Positions 48,020-59,644 of a DNA stretch of 64,000 bases are shown one piece after another. A program made the translations under genes and the position numbers. Position 1 is the stretch's first letter; every line of letters begins with the position of its first letter. This DNA comes from an uncultured Gemmatimonadaceae bacterium (GTDB taxonomy: Bacteria; Gemmatimonadota; Gemmatimonadetes; Gemmatimonadales; Gemmatimonadaceae), in NCBI GenBank assembly GCA_963829055.1, contig CAWHHI010000016.1, positions 896,001-960,000 on the forward strand, read 5' to 3'. Under the pieces are notes generated by a model, which was not told the origin of the DNA, did no database searches, and saw only the letters and a program-made list of their open reading frames with translations.

Positions 48020-48407
48020 ATGGCCCGCGTGGCCCACGTGGCCACGACGTGTCTGGCATGGGGCGGTCCGGGGCGCGCTCGTCGCGGCGGTGATCGGCGT
48101 CGCGGGCCTCGGCCTCTACCTCTGGGCGCCCGACGACTTCGGCGACACGCCGCGGATACTCGCGGCCGTGGCCGCCGGCGTGTTCGCGTTCCACGTGATG
48201 ATCATGCTCCTCGCGCCGCTCGGGCGGTCACGCGCCGGGCGGCTCGCCGCCGGTGCGGCGGCGGGCGCGGTGCTCGGAGTCGTCAGCGGGCGGATCCTGG
48301 CGGCCTCCCCGCAGGCGTGGGAGCGCGGCCCGTACTGGGTGCTCGGTTGCGTGGCGGTCGGGATGGTGCTGGGGCGGCGGGAGCTTAACCGGCTGTACGA
48401 CGACTAG
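48020..48407 (+). CDS. Small 4-TM membrane protein (start frameshifted)
   Basis: Hydrophobic segments in ORF 47883-48407. Confidence 0.6.
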
Positions 48408-48526
48408 GAATGCTGCGTGACGGGCGGCCACGCCGTACCGCGCTCGCACTTCGCGCGCGCCGATCACGCGGACCTCGAGCCGCTCAAGCGGGCGATTCTG
48501 GGGCGGCGGGAGGAGCTGACCCGGCC

Positions 48527-48736
48527 CTAGTACGGCCGGAAGTGCTGCCAGGCCAAGTACGCGAACGCCCCCAGGATCGGCACCCACAGGCCCCACGCGA
48601 GTTTGCCGCGCACGAACACGGCGGTCGCCGCCGCGCCGAACACGAGCCCGGCCGCCAGCCACGCCTTGGGGGCTGTGAGCGCGTTGAGGAGGAATCCGAA
48701 CACGTCGCCTAACGCGCCGAATATGGCGTCGCTCAT
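48527..48736 (-). CDS. Small 2-TM membrane protein
   Basis: GAGAGG RBS; hydrophobic 69 aa. Confidence 0.55.
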   Translation of the reverse strand: MSDAIFGALGDVFGFLLNALTAPKAWLAAGLVFGAAATAVFVRGKLAWGLWVPILGAFAYLAWQHFRPY

Positions 48737-48814
48737 CGGGACCTCTCGTTCGGGATGCTGGAGTACGCGACCCCGAACGGTGCATGCTCTGCCGCGCGAC
48801 CGCTACCAGGCGGG

Positions 48815-49809
48815 CAGCGCAGCGCCGGCAGCAGGGACATCTTGCGAATCGCGTCCATCAGCGACAGCGACTTTTCCTCTCGGACATAACGAGCAAGTAC
48901 TCGCGAGTACGTCCCGGCCTGACGAGGGTGGCTCGACAGGCCGTCGCTGGCGATCATCGTGAGCGGCAATGTGGCTGCCATGGCGACGATCGAGTCCGGA
49001 TTCATGTGGATGAGGACGTACACCGCCTTGCCCGATGCGTGCAGCGCATCGAACCTCGTCTGCGTCAAACGCTCGCCTGTTTCGGGAAGCTCGATGGCAT
49101 CATAGCCAATCGACCGCCGCTCTCTCCAACCGGGATTGAACAGCGCCGACGCGATGCTCGTCATCCCCGCGCCATACGGATACGCCTCGGTGGTGATGTC
49201 GAGCCCTCGTGCGCGAGCCCCTTCGATCATCGTCAGGCAGTCGCGCACGAATCGGATGCGGCTGGAGTTAATGTGGACGATGTGAACCGGCGCGCCGGAG
49301 ACCGCGCTCGCTGCGATCATTTCGCCGACGGACTCAACACTGGACCCGGGCTCGAGCGCGCCGACGCTCCGGATGTGAACAAACACCGGCAATGCCATTT
49401 CGCGGCCTCCTGGAAGATCCGGATGATCTCGAGCCGCGTTGCGCCAGGCGTGTATTCCAGCCCCATCCCACGCCTAACGCGCCGGCGGTGAGGCCCCTGT
49501 CGAGGAACGCGAGCTGACGCGCAATCTGTTCGTCGCTGGCAACGTTGTTTGTCGCTGGCCCGATGGCGGATCGTCGATCGATCCCGCTTCTCCCATCACG
49601 CTTGTCGCAAGCGTGTCGCAAAGGCGAGCACGCGCGCCGCTTCCTGGCTCACAGTGGCGCCATAGTTGATCAGCGCTTTTCCCTCACGCACCGCCACAAA
49701 TTTTGCAAAGTCAGGCACGCCGCTCTCCATCTGAGCGCAGACGTCACACCGTCCAACGCCTTCAACCGATACGCGGCCGGACTCTGGTCGTGCTGATGAA
49801 GTCAATGAA
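48815..49809 (-). pseudogene. Amidohydrolase (D-aminoacylase-like) remnant lacking both termini
   Basis: Begins at FIDxHQH; DGVTSA, ITTEAYPY, IASDG, HPRQAGTYSRVL; similarity stops after KMSLLPA. Confidence 0.7.
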
Positions 49810-50760
49810 TCTCTCAGTGGCGGCATAGTCCGCGTTCGCGAGCGTGACGATGCCTGACCGCGTCGCGGGAATCACAATGTTCTGCGTCACGATGCCGGCG
49901 ATCCCACCACCATGCGAGAGGATCACCGCGTCGCCCGTCTTCTGAACACCGAGCCCGCAACCGTAGGTAGTCAGCCGCCCGTCGGTCAGCGCACGCGGCG
50001 TGGTGAGCTTGGAATACGAGGCAGGACTGAGCACCTTGCCATCGATGAGCGCGAGATCCCAGGCCAGCAAGTCGGTCGGCGTTGACCAGATCGCGCCTGC
50101 GGCACCGATCCATCCCTGCGCTTCGGGTGCAACGGTCGTGGGGTCTGCGAGCGCGTACGACGTGTAGCCGTTCGCGGTATTGGAATCGTTAGGGATTCGA
50201 TCGAAGGCCGTGCGCGTCATGCCGATCGGTGTGAAGATCCGCTCTTTCATGAACTCACCGACCGATTTTCCCAATGCCGCCTCGATCGCCTTGCCGAGGA
50301 TGAGGAAGTTCGTGTTGCTGTACGACCATCGCGATCCCGGCTCGAAGTCGAGGGGACGAGTCGCATAACGCGCGATGACGGTGTCGGTCGGTTCCGGCTT
50401 CGCCATCTCGCGCACCACGAAGTCGAGCGGGTAGTAGTCCCGATAGCCGGAGACGTGCTGCCCGAGATCCAGGAGCATGACGTCGTTCGCTCGCGTCGCC
50501 GACGGGAAATATTTCGCGACGCGATCGTTCATTGACAGCTTGCCCTCCTGCTCGAGCAGCAAGGCGGAACTGCACGTGAACTGCTTGGTGACGGAGCCGA
50601 TGCCGAACATGGTCGTTGGGGTCACCGGCAGCTTCGGTTCGAGCGATCGAAACCCGTAGCCTTTGGCGAGGACGACTTTCCCGTCCTGCATCACGCCCAC
50701 GGATAATCCGACGAGTCGTTTCTCCGCACGACGCGCTGGATGAGGGAATCGACCTCGTTG
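49810..50760 (-). pseudogene. Serine hydrolase (beta-lactamase family), no clear start, abuts amidohydrolase remnant
   Basis: IGSVTKQF, YSNTNF, HGGG; runs directly into the amidohydrolase FID motif. Confidence 0.65.
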
Positions 50761-50872
50761 ACGTCGATCGCCGGAACGGAACAGTTGGCACGCGAGGCGT
50801 GAGCACGACCTCGGATGAAAGGCCCGAAAACAGCAAAGCGCGCAGTCCGTCAGGACCGCACGCTTTACCAAA

Positions 50873-50946
50873 TAGCAGGGGCGGGACTCGAACCCGCGAC
50901 CCCGGCATTATGAGTGCCGTGCTCTAACCAGCTGAGCTACCCTGCC
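50873..50946 (-). tRNA. tRNA-Met(CAT), elongator-type, CCA not encoded
   Basis: GGCAGGGTAGCTCAGCTGGTTAGAGCACGGCACTCATAATGCCGGGGTCGCGGGTTCGAGTCCCGCCCCTGCTA. Confidence 0.93.
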
Positions 50947-51097
50947 GCGCTGGGACACGGATAATAACATCCTGCGGCGGCTGGCCATAGTCGCCGCCGA
51001 TCATAGCCTCCCGCGAGCGCGTCGGCAGGTTAGCGGATTCTTGACCGGAGCTCATGCCCCGCTCGTCATCTGCCGTACCCCGCTCTGGGAGCCTGTC

Positions 51098-51583
51098 ATG
51101 ACGACGCCCGCCCGGCCGACGCCAAGGCACAACAACGTCGCCGCGATCGTCTCAGAAATAGTCGAAGAGGCACGGAAGAACGCCGAAGAACCGGCGCCTT
51201 CCAGGTCTCGTGCGGTTCCCAGCTACATCGCTGCCGGGGTCGTGTTCGCCATGTGTGCATGGGCCTGGATCGCTCCCCCCGCGTGGCTCGTCCCCCAGCC
51301 AGTCGGTGCGCCGTCCCGTGACTATCGCGAGGCGAGCGCACGAGTCGCGCTCGCGCTCCACGCTCAGCGCATCGAGGCCTACCGAGCGTCGCACGGTCGG
51401 CTGCCGGGCACGAAGCAGGAAGTCGGCATCGCCAGCGAGCAGATCGCCTACGATCGAACCGACAGCCTGAGCTTCGAGCTCGTTTCCCGAGTGGACGGCC
51501 AGCCCGTGACGTACAAGTCGTCGCAACCGCGCGACCGCTACCTCGCCGAAGCGATGACCGCCCTGAGCCGAGCCCGCCGATGA
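51098..51583 (+). CDS. Single-TM hypothetical protein, pseudopilin-like C-terminus
   Basis: TM segment then RIEAYRASHGRLP; ATGA overlap with the pilin. Confidence 0.65.
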   Translation: MTTPARPTPRHNNVAAIVSEIVEEARKNAEEPAPSRSRAVPSYIAAGVVFAMCAWAWIAPPAWLVPQPVGAPSRDYREASARVALALHAQRIEAYRASHGRLPGTKQEVGIASEQIAYDRTDSLSFELVSRVDGQPVTYKSSQPRDRYLAEAMTALSRARR

Positions 51584-52051
51584 AGCGCCTAACGAAGATT
51601 CGTCGACGAACGCGTCGCGGGTTCTCGCTGATCGAGCTCATGACGGTCATGGCCGTGATTGGCCTGCTCGCAGCGCTCAGCGTGCCGCGGTACCGCGACA
51701 TGAAGCGCCGGGCGTACTCCGCGAATGTGCTGAGCGACTTCAACACGGTTCGCGTTGCCGCCTACAACTACTTTGCCGACAACTCGACATACCCGCCTGA
51801 CGGAAGCGCGGGTACCCCGCCGGCGTCCATGACCAATTACCTGCCGCAAGAACTTCACGTTCGCCAACGACAACTACACGCTCGACTACGATGTGTGGCC
51901 ATCGCCGTTGGACCCGACGCAGCTCGTCGTTGGCGTCACGGTCACGTCCAGCGATCAGGAGCTCGTCAACATGATCGCGCGAAACGTTCAGGCCGGCGGC
52001 ATCGGGATCAACGTCGGAAGTGGCTACACCTACATCTTCGCGGGGCTGTAG
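51580..52051 (+). CDS. Type IV pilin-like protein (frameshift near 51855)
   Basis: Class III signal RRG|FSLIELMTVMAVIGLL; C-terminus ...GYTYIFAGL-stop in the shifted frame. Confidence 0.9.
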
Positions 52052-52070
52052 CCGAGTATCCCTCGAAGAC

Positions 52071-52113
52071 GAAAACGAACGAGGCCGCCCTATAGGCGGC
52101 CTCGTTCGTTTTC
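52071..52113. terminator. Bidirectional intrinsic terminator
   Basis: GAAAACGAACGAGGCCGCC-CTATA-GGCGGCCTCGTTCGTTTTC. Confidence 0.9.
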
Positions 52114-52123
52114 AGGCTTCACA

Positions 52124-52197
<74 letters not shown>

Positions 52198-52208
52198 TCA
52201 GTGCCTTG

Positions 52209-52236
52209 AATCTAGACTCGTGAACATCGAAGTCAA
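52209..52236 (-). promoter_or_regulatory. Sigma70 promoter of tRNA-fMet
   Basis: TTGACT-16 nt-TAGATT. Confidence 0.6.
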
Positions 52237-52304
52237 GGTGGGGCGCCACGTTGCGATGGCGTGCTATTGCGCGTGATTGCTATTGCCTCGAGACTGATGA
52301 TGCA

Positions 52305-52598
52305 TTAGCGCGCGCGTGCAGAGTCGACGGTGGCGAATCGATACAGCAGTTCCTTGTCGCCGCGGACCATGCCGAATTCCTCACGCGCGATGCGCTCCTG
52401 AACGGTCGCGTCGGTCAGGATCGCCTTCTTTACACGCGCCAGCGAATCGACGTCGTGACGCAGCGAATCGATCTGCGCGCGAAGCCGAATGGAACGCGAC
52501 CGCTGCGCCAGGAGATCGTCGGTGCCCCACTCACCGCCCTGCACGGCGAACACGATCGCCGCGATGACGACGCACCAGAAGAGCACGCGCCGGATCAT
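52305..52598 (-). CDS. ftsB: Septum formation initiator (FtsB/DivIC family)
   Basis: TM, coiled coil, ERIAREEFGMVRGDKE; follows eno. Confidence 0.85.
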   Translation of the reverse strand: MIRRVLFWCVVIAAIVFAVQGGEWGTDDLLAQRSRSIRLRAQIDSLRHDVDSLARVKKAILTDATVQERIAREEFGMVRGDKELLYRFATVDSARAR

Positions 52599-52604
52599 CG
52601 ACCG

Positions 52605-53954
<1,350 letters not shown>

Positions 53955-54725
53955 TCAATCAGCGGCGGAGGCGCCCTCACGCGCCGGCGCGGTCGGCGCC
54001 ACACTCTCGATTGCATACAGGTCGCGCATCGCCACGGCCATACGATCCCGCACCAACCGCGACAGACGATTGCGATCCTCGTATGTCAAACCATCAGCCG
54101 GGATCGGCTCGAGAAAGTGAACGTTCACGACGTGCGGCCGGACGAAGAACGAATCGCGCGGCAGCACCTCGATCGTGCCGTGAACGATGGTCGGAACGAT
54201 GGGGACACCGGCGGCGACGGCGAGCACGAACGGCCCCTTCTTGAACTCGCGCAACCGGTAGTCGTAGCCGCGCGTGCCCTCGGGGAAGACGACGACGGAC
54301 GCACCGGCGCGGATGCGCTCAGCCGCCGCGCGGTACGACTCGAATGCAGACTTCCGGTTCTCGCGCTGGATCGGGATCATGCCCGCCGCGCGTGCGGCGC
54401 GCCCGAAAATTGGAACGCGAAACAACTCCGCCTTGCCAATGAATTTGTAGCGCGGCAAAACGGACGCGAGCGCGAGCACGTCGAACCAGCTCACGTGGTT
54501 GCTGACGAAGATGCGCGGGGCTCCGGACTGCATTCGCTCGGCGTTATGCAGCCGAACACGGATGCCCGCAGCCCACATGAGACACGACGCCCACCACCGT
54601 GGCGCGTTGTCGTAGATGCCCCCCTCGCGATCCTTCACGCCGAACAGCGCCGCGATGATGACCATGAAGCCGAAGAGCGGCGTCATGGTGATCGCCGTGA
54701 GAAAGACGAGGAGGGTGCGCATCAT
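53955..54725 (-). CDS. plsC: 1-acyl-sn-glycerol-3-phosphate acyltransferase
   Basis: NHVSWFD, FPEGTR. Confidence 0.93.
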   Translation of the reverse strand: MMRTLLVFLTAITMTPLFGFMVIIAALFGVKDREGGIYDNAPRWWASCLMWAAGIRVRLHNAERMQSGAPRIFVSNHVSWFDVLALASVLPRYKFIGKAELFRVPIFGRAARAAGMIPIQRENRKSAFESYRAAAERIRAGASVVVFPEGTRGYDYRLREFKKGPFVLAVAAGVPIVPTIVHGTIEVLPRDSFFVRPHVVNVHFLEPIPADGLTYEDRNRLSRLVRDRMAVAMRDLYAIESVAPTAPAREGASAAD

Positions 54726-55669
54726 ATTGAAAAGTGGTCGTGACCGGATGGCAGGTCAACGAACCGGCCCTTCGCTGCGATTCTCACCATCCCTTCTCCC
54801 GTACCTGGCGCCGAGGCCGTACCAACCCGTGTCAGCGGAACACCGAACTCGCGTGCGAATGCGTGCTCGTCGATCGCGACGGGCGTCGCGATGAGAAGCT
54901 CGTACTCCTCGCCGCTGTTCGTCGCATCCAATGGCGACGTGCCACGAACGATGGGCATGGCCTCGAGCTCGAGGCAAACATCGACGCGACTCGCCGCCGC
55001 CAAGTGGCGCACGTCGGCCGCGAGTCCGTCCGAGATGTCGATCGCCGCCGTTGCCCCGTGCGCGGCAAGCCACAGCGCCTCGCGAATGCGCGCGGATGGA
55101 CGCGCGAAGCGTTCGCGATGCTCGGGCAATGGGACGCGTCCATGCTCCCACGCGTCGAGCGCGCAGCGGGGTCCACCGAGCGTACCGGTCACGTAAAGCG
55201 TGTCGCCGGCTCGCGCAGCATCTCGACGGAGTGGGTGCGTGGCGAAGCCGAGCACGGTCACCGTGAGCGAAAGCTCGGTGCCGCTCGTGAGGTTGCCGCC
55301 GGTGATCGGCGCGCCAAACGATCGCGATGCGTCGCCGATGCCCTCGGCAATTCCGCCCAGCGCGTCGCGCCAGCGTTCAGGAACGCTCAGCGCGACGAGC
55401 ATCGCGATGGGCGTGGCGGCCATGGCCGCGAGGTCGCTCAGAGCGGCAGTGGCCGCGCGGTAACCTATTTCGGGCGGCTCGAGCCAGGCGCGACGAAAGT
55501 GGACGTTTTCCACTGTCGCGTCCGTGGACGCGACGAGCCGAGTACCGGCGGGGACATCGAGCACGGCAGCGTCGTCGCCGATGCCGCGGGCCGCTGTCCC
55601 CCAGCGACGAACGAGATCGCGAATGACGTCGAACTCGCGGCCGGGGCCGAGCGAAATGCTATCGCTCAC
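54722..55669 (-). CDS. thiL: Thiamine-monophosphate kinase
   Basis: GIGDDAA, SDLAAM, IDISDGL, GEEYEL. Confidence 0.95.
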   Translation of the reverse strand: MSDSISLGPGREFDVIRDLVRRWGTAARGIGDDAAVLDVPAGTRLVASTDATVENVHFRRAWLEPPEIGYRAATAALSDLAAMAATPIAMLVALSVPERWRDALGGIAEGIGDASRSFGAPITGGNLTSGTELSLTVTVLGFATHPLRRDAARAGDTLYVTGTLGGPRCALDAWEHGRVPLPEHRERFARPSARIREALWLAAHGATAAIDISDGLAADVRHLAAASRVDVCLELEAMPIVRGTSPLDATNSGEEYELLIATPVAIDEHAFAREFGVPLTRVGTASAPGTGEGMVRIAAKGRFVDLPSGHDHFSI

Positions 55670-57212
55670 TGACGTCGTCTCGGCGTGACCCGATCGGCGG
55701 AAGCACCGCGAGTACGGGCGGGCGCGGCGCCGGAAGTGGTTCGCTCCACACTCGAGCGAGCGCGCCAATGACATCCTCGATGGTCGTGCCGCGCGCGCCG
55801 ACGCCGTCGGCGATCTCCGCGGCGCGCCCATGAACCCACGCCGCGCACGCGGCCGCTTCGAGCGTGTCGTCTATCTGTGCAACGAGCGTCCCGGCGATTC
55901 CGGAAAGGACGTCGCCACTCCCGCCGGTCGCGAGCGCGGGCGTTCCCGTGGCCGAGACGAGGCTTCGTCCGTCGGGCGCGGTAAGCACGGTCGGCACACC
56001 CTTCAGCAAGACGACACAGCCCAACCTCTTCGCGAGGTCACGGCCGGCGTCGAATGGCGAACGGAGCACGTCGTCGACCGAGGTTCCGCTCAGGCGCGAG
56101 AATTCCACTACGTGCGGCGTGATGAGCGCCTTCCTGTCCACGAGGAGCGCGCCGAGTGCGGATGCGTCGCCCTCGTACGCCGTGAGCGCGTCGGCATCGA
56201 TGACCACGGGCCCACGCCATACGTGGAGTATCCGCTCGATGAGCGAGCGCGCCGCGTCGCCGCGACCCAGCCCAGGCCCGATGACCACCGCGTGCGCCCA
56301 GTCGCAAATGGTATCGCGAATCTCCTCGTCGGACTCGGGCCATGGTCGCGTCAGCGCCGCGGGGGCGACGGTTTGCGAGGGGGCGATGCTCGCCGGATCG
56401 ACGACGACGCGCACCATGCCTACGCCGCTTCGAAGCGCAGCTTGTGCCGCGAGAATGCACGCGCCGGCCATCCCGCGAGCGCCACCGACGATCGCGACCC
56501 GCCGACGCTTCCCCTTGTGCGCGTTGGCCGCGATGGCTGGCACGCGCGCCGCCACCCAGCGGTGATCGATCAGCGTTGGCGCACCATCGTCCGGCATAGC
56601 GTGGAGACCGAGACCGATGTCCACGACGACCAGCCGGCCGCACCGCTCACGCCTAACGAGCGCGCCACGCTTCATCGTGCCGAACGTGATCGTGAGATCC
56701 GCCGTCACCGAGACGTCGCCCTCGCCGGTGGACGCGTCGAGCCCACTCGGCACATCGAGCGCGACGACACGCGCGCCGTCGGCGCGCAGCTGAGAGACAC
56801 GCCGGATCGCGTCGGCCACCGCGCCGCGCGGAGCCCCGCTCGAACCGGTGCCGAGGATGCCGTCGACGACGATTTCTTCGCCGCCCGTCGGCGCGCGGTC
56901 ATCGATCAGCGCGCGCGCGAGCTCCCGCTCGGCACGCGCGTCGTCGGTCTTCGTGTCGCCGACTTCAACCATGCGGACACGAATCCCAGCCGCGGCCAAC
57001 GCGCCCGCAACGACCCAGGCATCGCCGCCGTTGTTTCCGGGCCCGGCGAAAATCGCCACGCCGCGCGTCAGGCGGTCGCCGAACTCTCGCGCGATCTCCG
57101 CCGCGGCGGCAGCGCCGGCGCGCTGCATGAGCGCGCGCGATGGAATGCCGCCGTCGATCGCAGCCCGATCGCGAGCAGACGCCTGTGCGGCGGTGACGAC
57201 ATGCACGGTCAT
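55659..57212 (-). CDS. nnr: Bifunctional NAD(P)H-hydrate epimerase/dehydratase
   Basis: GPGNNGGD, DVPSG, IGPGLG, DADAL, LATGGSGDVL. Confidence 0.95.
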   Translation of the reverse strand: MTVHVVTAAQASARDRAAIDGGIPSRALMQRAGAAAAAEIAREFGDRLTRGVAIFAGPGNNGGDAWVVAGALAAAGIRVRMVEVGDTKTDDARAERELARALIDDRAPTGGEEIVVDGILGTGSSGAPRGAVADAIRRVSQLRADGARVVALDVPSGLDASTGEGDVSVTADLTITFGTMKRGALVRRERCGRLVVVDIGLGLHAMPDDGAPTLIDHRWVAARVPAIAANAHKGKRRRVAIVGGARGMAGACILAAQAALRSGVGMVRVVVDPASIAPSQTVAPAALTRPWPESDEEIRDTICDWAHAVVIGPGLGRGDAARSLIERILHVWRGPVVIDADALTAYEGDASALGALLVDRKALITPHVVEFSRLSGTSVDDVLRSPFDAGRDLAKRLGCVVLLKGVPTVLTAPDGRSLVSATGTPALATGGSGDVLSGIAGTLVAQIDDTLEAAACAAWVHGRAAEIADGVGARGTTIEDVIGALARVWSEPLPAPRPPVLAVLPPIGSRRDDVSER

Positions 57213-57296
57213 GCGGGTGTCGTCAGGCGGAAGTACATCGGGGGCGGCAGATGGTGAAACGGCGGCCTGAGGCCGCCGCTGATCGCCGCGAGTCTT

Positions 57297-57503
57297 CTAT
57301 TTGTGTGACGGACCCACGGACCGACCGAAACTGATCTCGCCGTTGTCGATTCGCAAGTTGAAGCCGCAGTCGGGGTTGCTGCACACCCAGGCCTTGTAGG
57401 TGATTGGCGCGCCATCGCGGCCGTAGTCGCTGAGCGGCAGGAGCGTGCCCTCGCGACACTTTCGGCACATCGGGAGCTCTGTTGGATTCAACGGGTCCTC
57501 CAT
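57297..57503 (-). CDS. Small zinc-ribbon-like protein
   Basis: CRKC...CSNPDC. Confidence 0.75.
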   Translation of the reverse strand: MEDPLNPTELPMCRKCREGTLLPLSDYGRDGAPITYKAWVCSNPDCGFNLRIDNGEISFGRSVGPSHK

Positions 57504-57560
57504 CACTTCGCAGTGAGGATCCGGGCACGGCGTGTCGTGGTGACGCCGGGTGAGCGGACG

Positions 57561-57947
57561 CTAGGCCTGACCGGCGCGTCGCCAGGGATAGTCACGCTCG
57601 AACGCCTGATCGAAGCCGAACACATCCGCGAAATCGAGGCGCGAGTCGGTGGGTTGACTGATGAGAAGGCCGAGGTCCACGAGCGTGAACACGACGTCCC
57701 CGAGATCTGCGGTGGAGCGAACGCCCCAGTGATCGAGCACCAGGCGCGCCATGACGCCGTAGCGGTCGAGCGCGAGGTCCCGACAGGCCTCCGCCAGCTC
57801 TCGACCCGTGATGTGCCGCCGCTCCGGGAGACGCGACTGCGAGAACTCGAGCGCCGAGAGAATGAAGAGGTACGCGTGCTCATGGAACCGCGGCTCGCGC
57901 AGGCGAATCTGGTCCATGATACCGTCTCGAAACGCCAACTCCGGCAA
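57561..57947 (-). CDS. Minf_1886 family-like protein
   Basis: AYLFIL, RHITGREL, MARLVLDHWGV, DLGDVVFTLV. Confidence 0.75.
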   Translation of the reverse strand: MPELAFRDGIMDQIRLREPRFHEHAYLFILSALEFSQSRLPERRHITGRELAEACRDLALDRYGVMARLVLDHWGVRSTADLGDVVFTLVDLGLLISQPTDSRLDFADVFGFDQAFERDYPWRRAGQA

Positions 57948-58273
57948 TGCTTATCCTCTGACCAAAGGGTTCGTGTCACTCGGCGCCGCGACACCACGGT
58001 CCGCCCTTGGGAGCCGAGGGCAGGTCCCATGCCCTGCCCGGCTACCCATGGCTAAGATGTGTGCCCGTTCGGCGGGGCACAACTCCCGGAGTCCCGCTGC
58101 GATGACGAGTGACGGCGAGCGAGGGGCACGTTACGGGTGTGATGTCCGTGACGGTCGCGGTCCATCGTCGATTAGGCGAGCCTAACCGCCGGACGTGCCG
58201 TCCCCACACGCGTGTGCTGCCTAACGCGCTGCACGGGTCGATTGCCGAGGGCTCACAGCGCCTGACGCCGCGG

Positions 58274-58289
58274 CTCCGCTCGGAATGAC
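58274..58289. repeat. Half copy of REP family
   Basis: CTCCGCTCGGAATGAC identical to 111-126. Confidence 0.6.
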
Positions 58290-58295
58290 CTCGCG

Positions 58296-59585
58296 TCACG
58301 ACGCCGCGACGACAGGTGCCGGGTAGAGCGGGAATGCCGACGTCAGCTCCCGCACATCCGCGCGCACGCGCTCCGAGACGCTCGCGTCGTCCGGCGACTG
58401 CAGCGCCGTATCGATCAACTCCGCGATGCGCTCCATGTCCGCCTCCTTCATGCCGCGCGTCGTCACGGCTGCCGTGCCGATGCGCACGCCGCTCGTCACG
58501 AACGGCGACTGCGTCTCCTTCGGGACCGTGTTCTTGTTCACCGTGATGCCCGCGCGATCGAGCGCCTGCTCGGCCACCTTGCCCGTCAGTCCCTTGCTGC
58601 GAAGGTCGACCAGCATCAGGTGGTTGTCGGTTCCACCCGACACGATGTGAAATCCACGCGCCATGAGTGCCGCGGCCAGCGCTCGCGCATTCGCGATGAC
58701 CTGGGCCGCGTAGTCCTTGAACGACGGGTGGAGCGCTTCCTTCATCGCGACCGCTTTCGCCGCGATCACGTGCTCCAACGGTCCGCCCTGCAGGCCCGGG
58801 AACACCGCCTTGTCGATCGCCTTCGCGTGCTGCGCCTTGCACAGAATGAGTCCACCACGCGGTCCGCGCAGCGTCTTGTGCGTCGTCGTGGTGACGACGT
58901 CCGCGTGCGGAACAGGGGATGGATACACGCCGGCGGCCACGAGTCCGGCGAAGTGCGCCATGTCCACCATGAAGATCGCGCCGACCTCGCGGGCGACGTC
59001 GGCGAAGTACGCGAAGTCGATGACGCGCGAGTATGCACTGTATCCGGCGATGATCATCTTCGGCCGATGCTCGAGCGCCAGCGCGCGCACCGACTCGTAG
59101 TCGATCAGACCCTCCTCGTTCACCTTGTACGACACCGGGCGGTACAGGATGCCGGAGAAGTTCACCGGCGACCCATGCGTTAGGTGCCCGCCATTCGACA
59201 GGTCCATGCCGAGGAACGTCTCGCCCGGCTTGAGGAACGCGAGGAACGCGGCGGCGTTCGCCTGCGCACCCGAGTGTGGCTGCACGTTCGCGTGCTCGGC
59301 GCCGAACAGTTGCTTCGCGCGGTCGATCGCGATCTGCTCCACCTGGTCAACGAACTCGCAGCCACCGTAGTAGCGCTTGCCGGGCAGGCCTTCCGCATAC
59401 TTGTTCGTCAGCGGCGAGCCCATCGCTTCGAGCACGGCGGGCGAGACGAAGTTCTCGCTCGCGATGAGCTCGAGGCCATCGTTCTGGCGTTCGATCTCGC
59501 GGTCGATCAGACGAGAGATGTCCGGGTCGGCGTCACGAAGCGCCGAACCCGGCGGACAACGATCCCATTCCGACCAGGTGATCAT
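58296..59585 (-). CDS. glyA: Serine hydroxymethyltransferase
   Basis: [33 protein letters not shown]. Confidence 0.99.
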   Translation of the reverse strand: MITWSEWDRCPPGSALRDADPDISRLIDREIERQNDGLELIASENFVSPAVLEAMGSPLTNKYAEGLPGKRYYGGCEFVDQVEQIAIDRAKQLFGAEHANVQPHSGAQANAAAFLAFLKPGETFLGMDLSNGGHLTHGSPVNFSGILYRPVSYKVNEEGLIDYESVRALALEHRPKMIIAGYSAYSRVIDFAYFADVAREVGAIFMVDMAHFAGLVAAGVYPSPVPHADVVTTTTHKTLRGPRGGLILCKAQHAKAIDKAVFPGLQGGPLEHVIAAKAVAMKEALHPSFKDYAAQVIANARALAAALMARGFHIVSGGTDNHLMLVDLRSKGLTGKVAEQALDRAGITVNKNTVPKETQSPFVTSGVRIGTAAVTTRGMKEADMERIAELIDTALQSPDDASVSERVRADVRELTSAFPLYPAPVVAAS

Positions 59586-59644
59586 CCCGTTGTCTCCTGA
59601 ACCTCGGTGATTGGTGCGACCGGTGCGATCGGTGTCCTGTTTGC

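Noticed and set aside
44296..48740. Bona fide integron cassette array
   Set aside because: No integrase, mixed gene orientations, no convincing L boxes; the same core sequence is scattered through housekeeping genes
40000..50873. Prophage or ICE bounded by a tRNA 3'-end duplication
   Set aside because: No integrase or phage genes, and no second copy of the tRNA 3' end found by eye
55830..57257. Long plus-strand ORFs antisense to real genes (also 40582-41967, 54734-55672, 61699-62637)
   Set aside because: Shadow ORFs expected at high GC; no recognisable motifs
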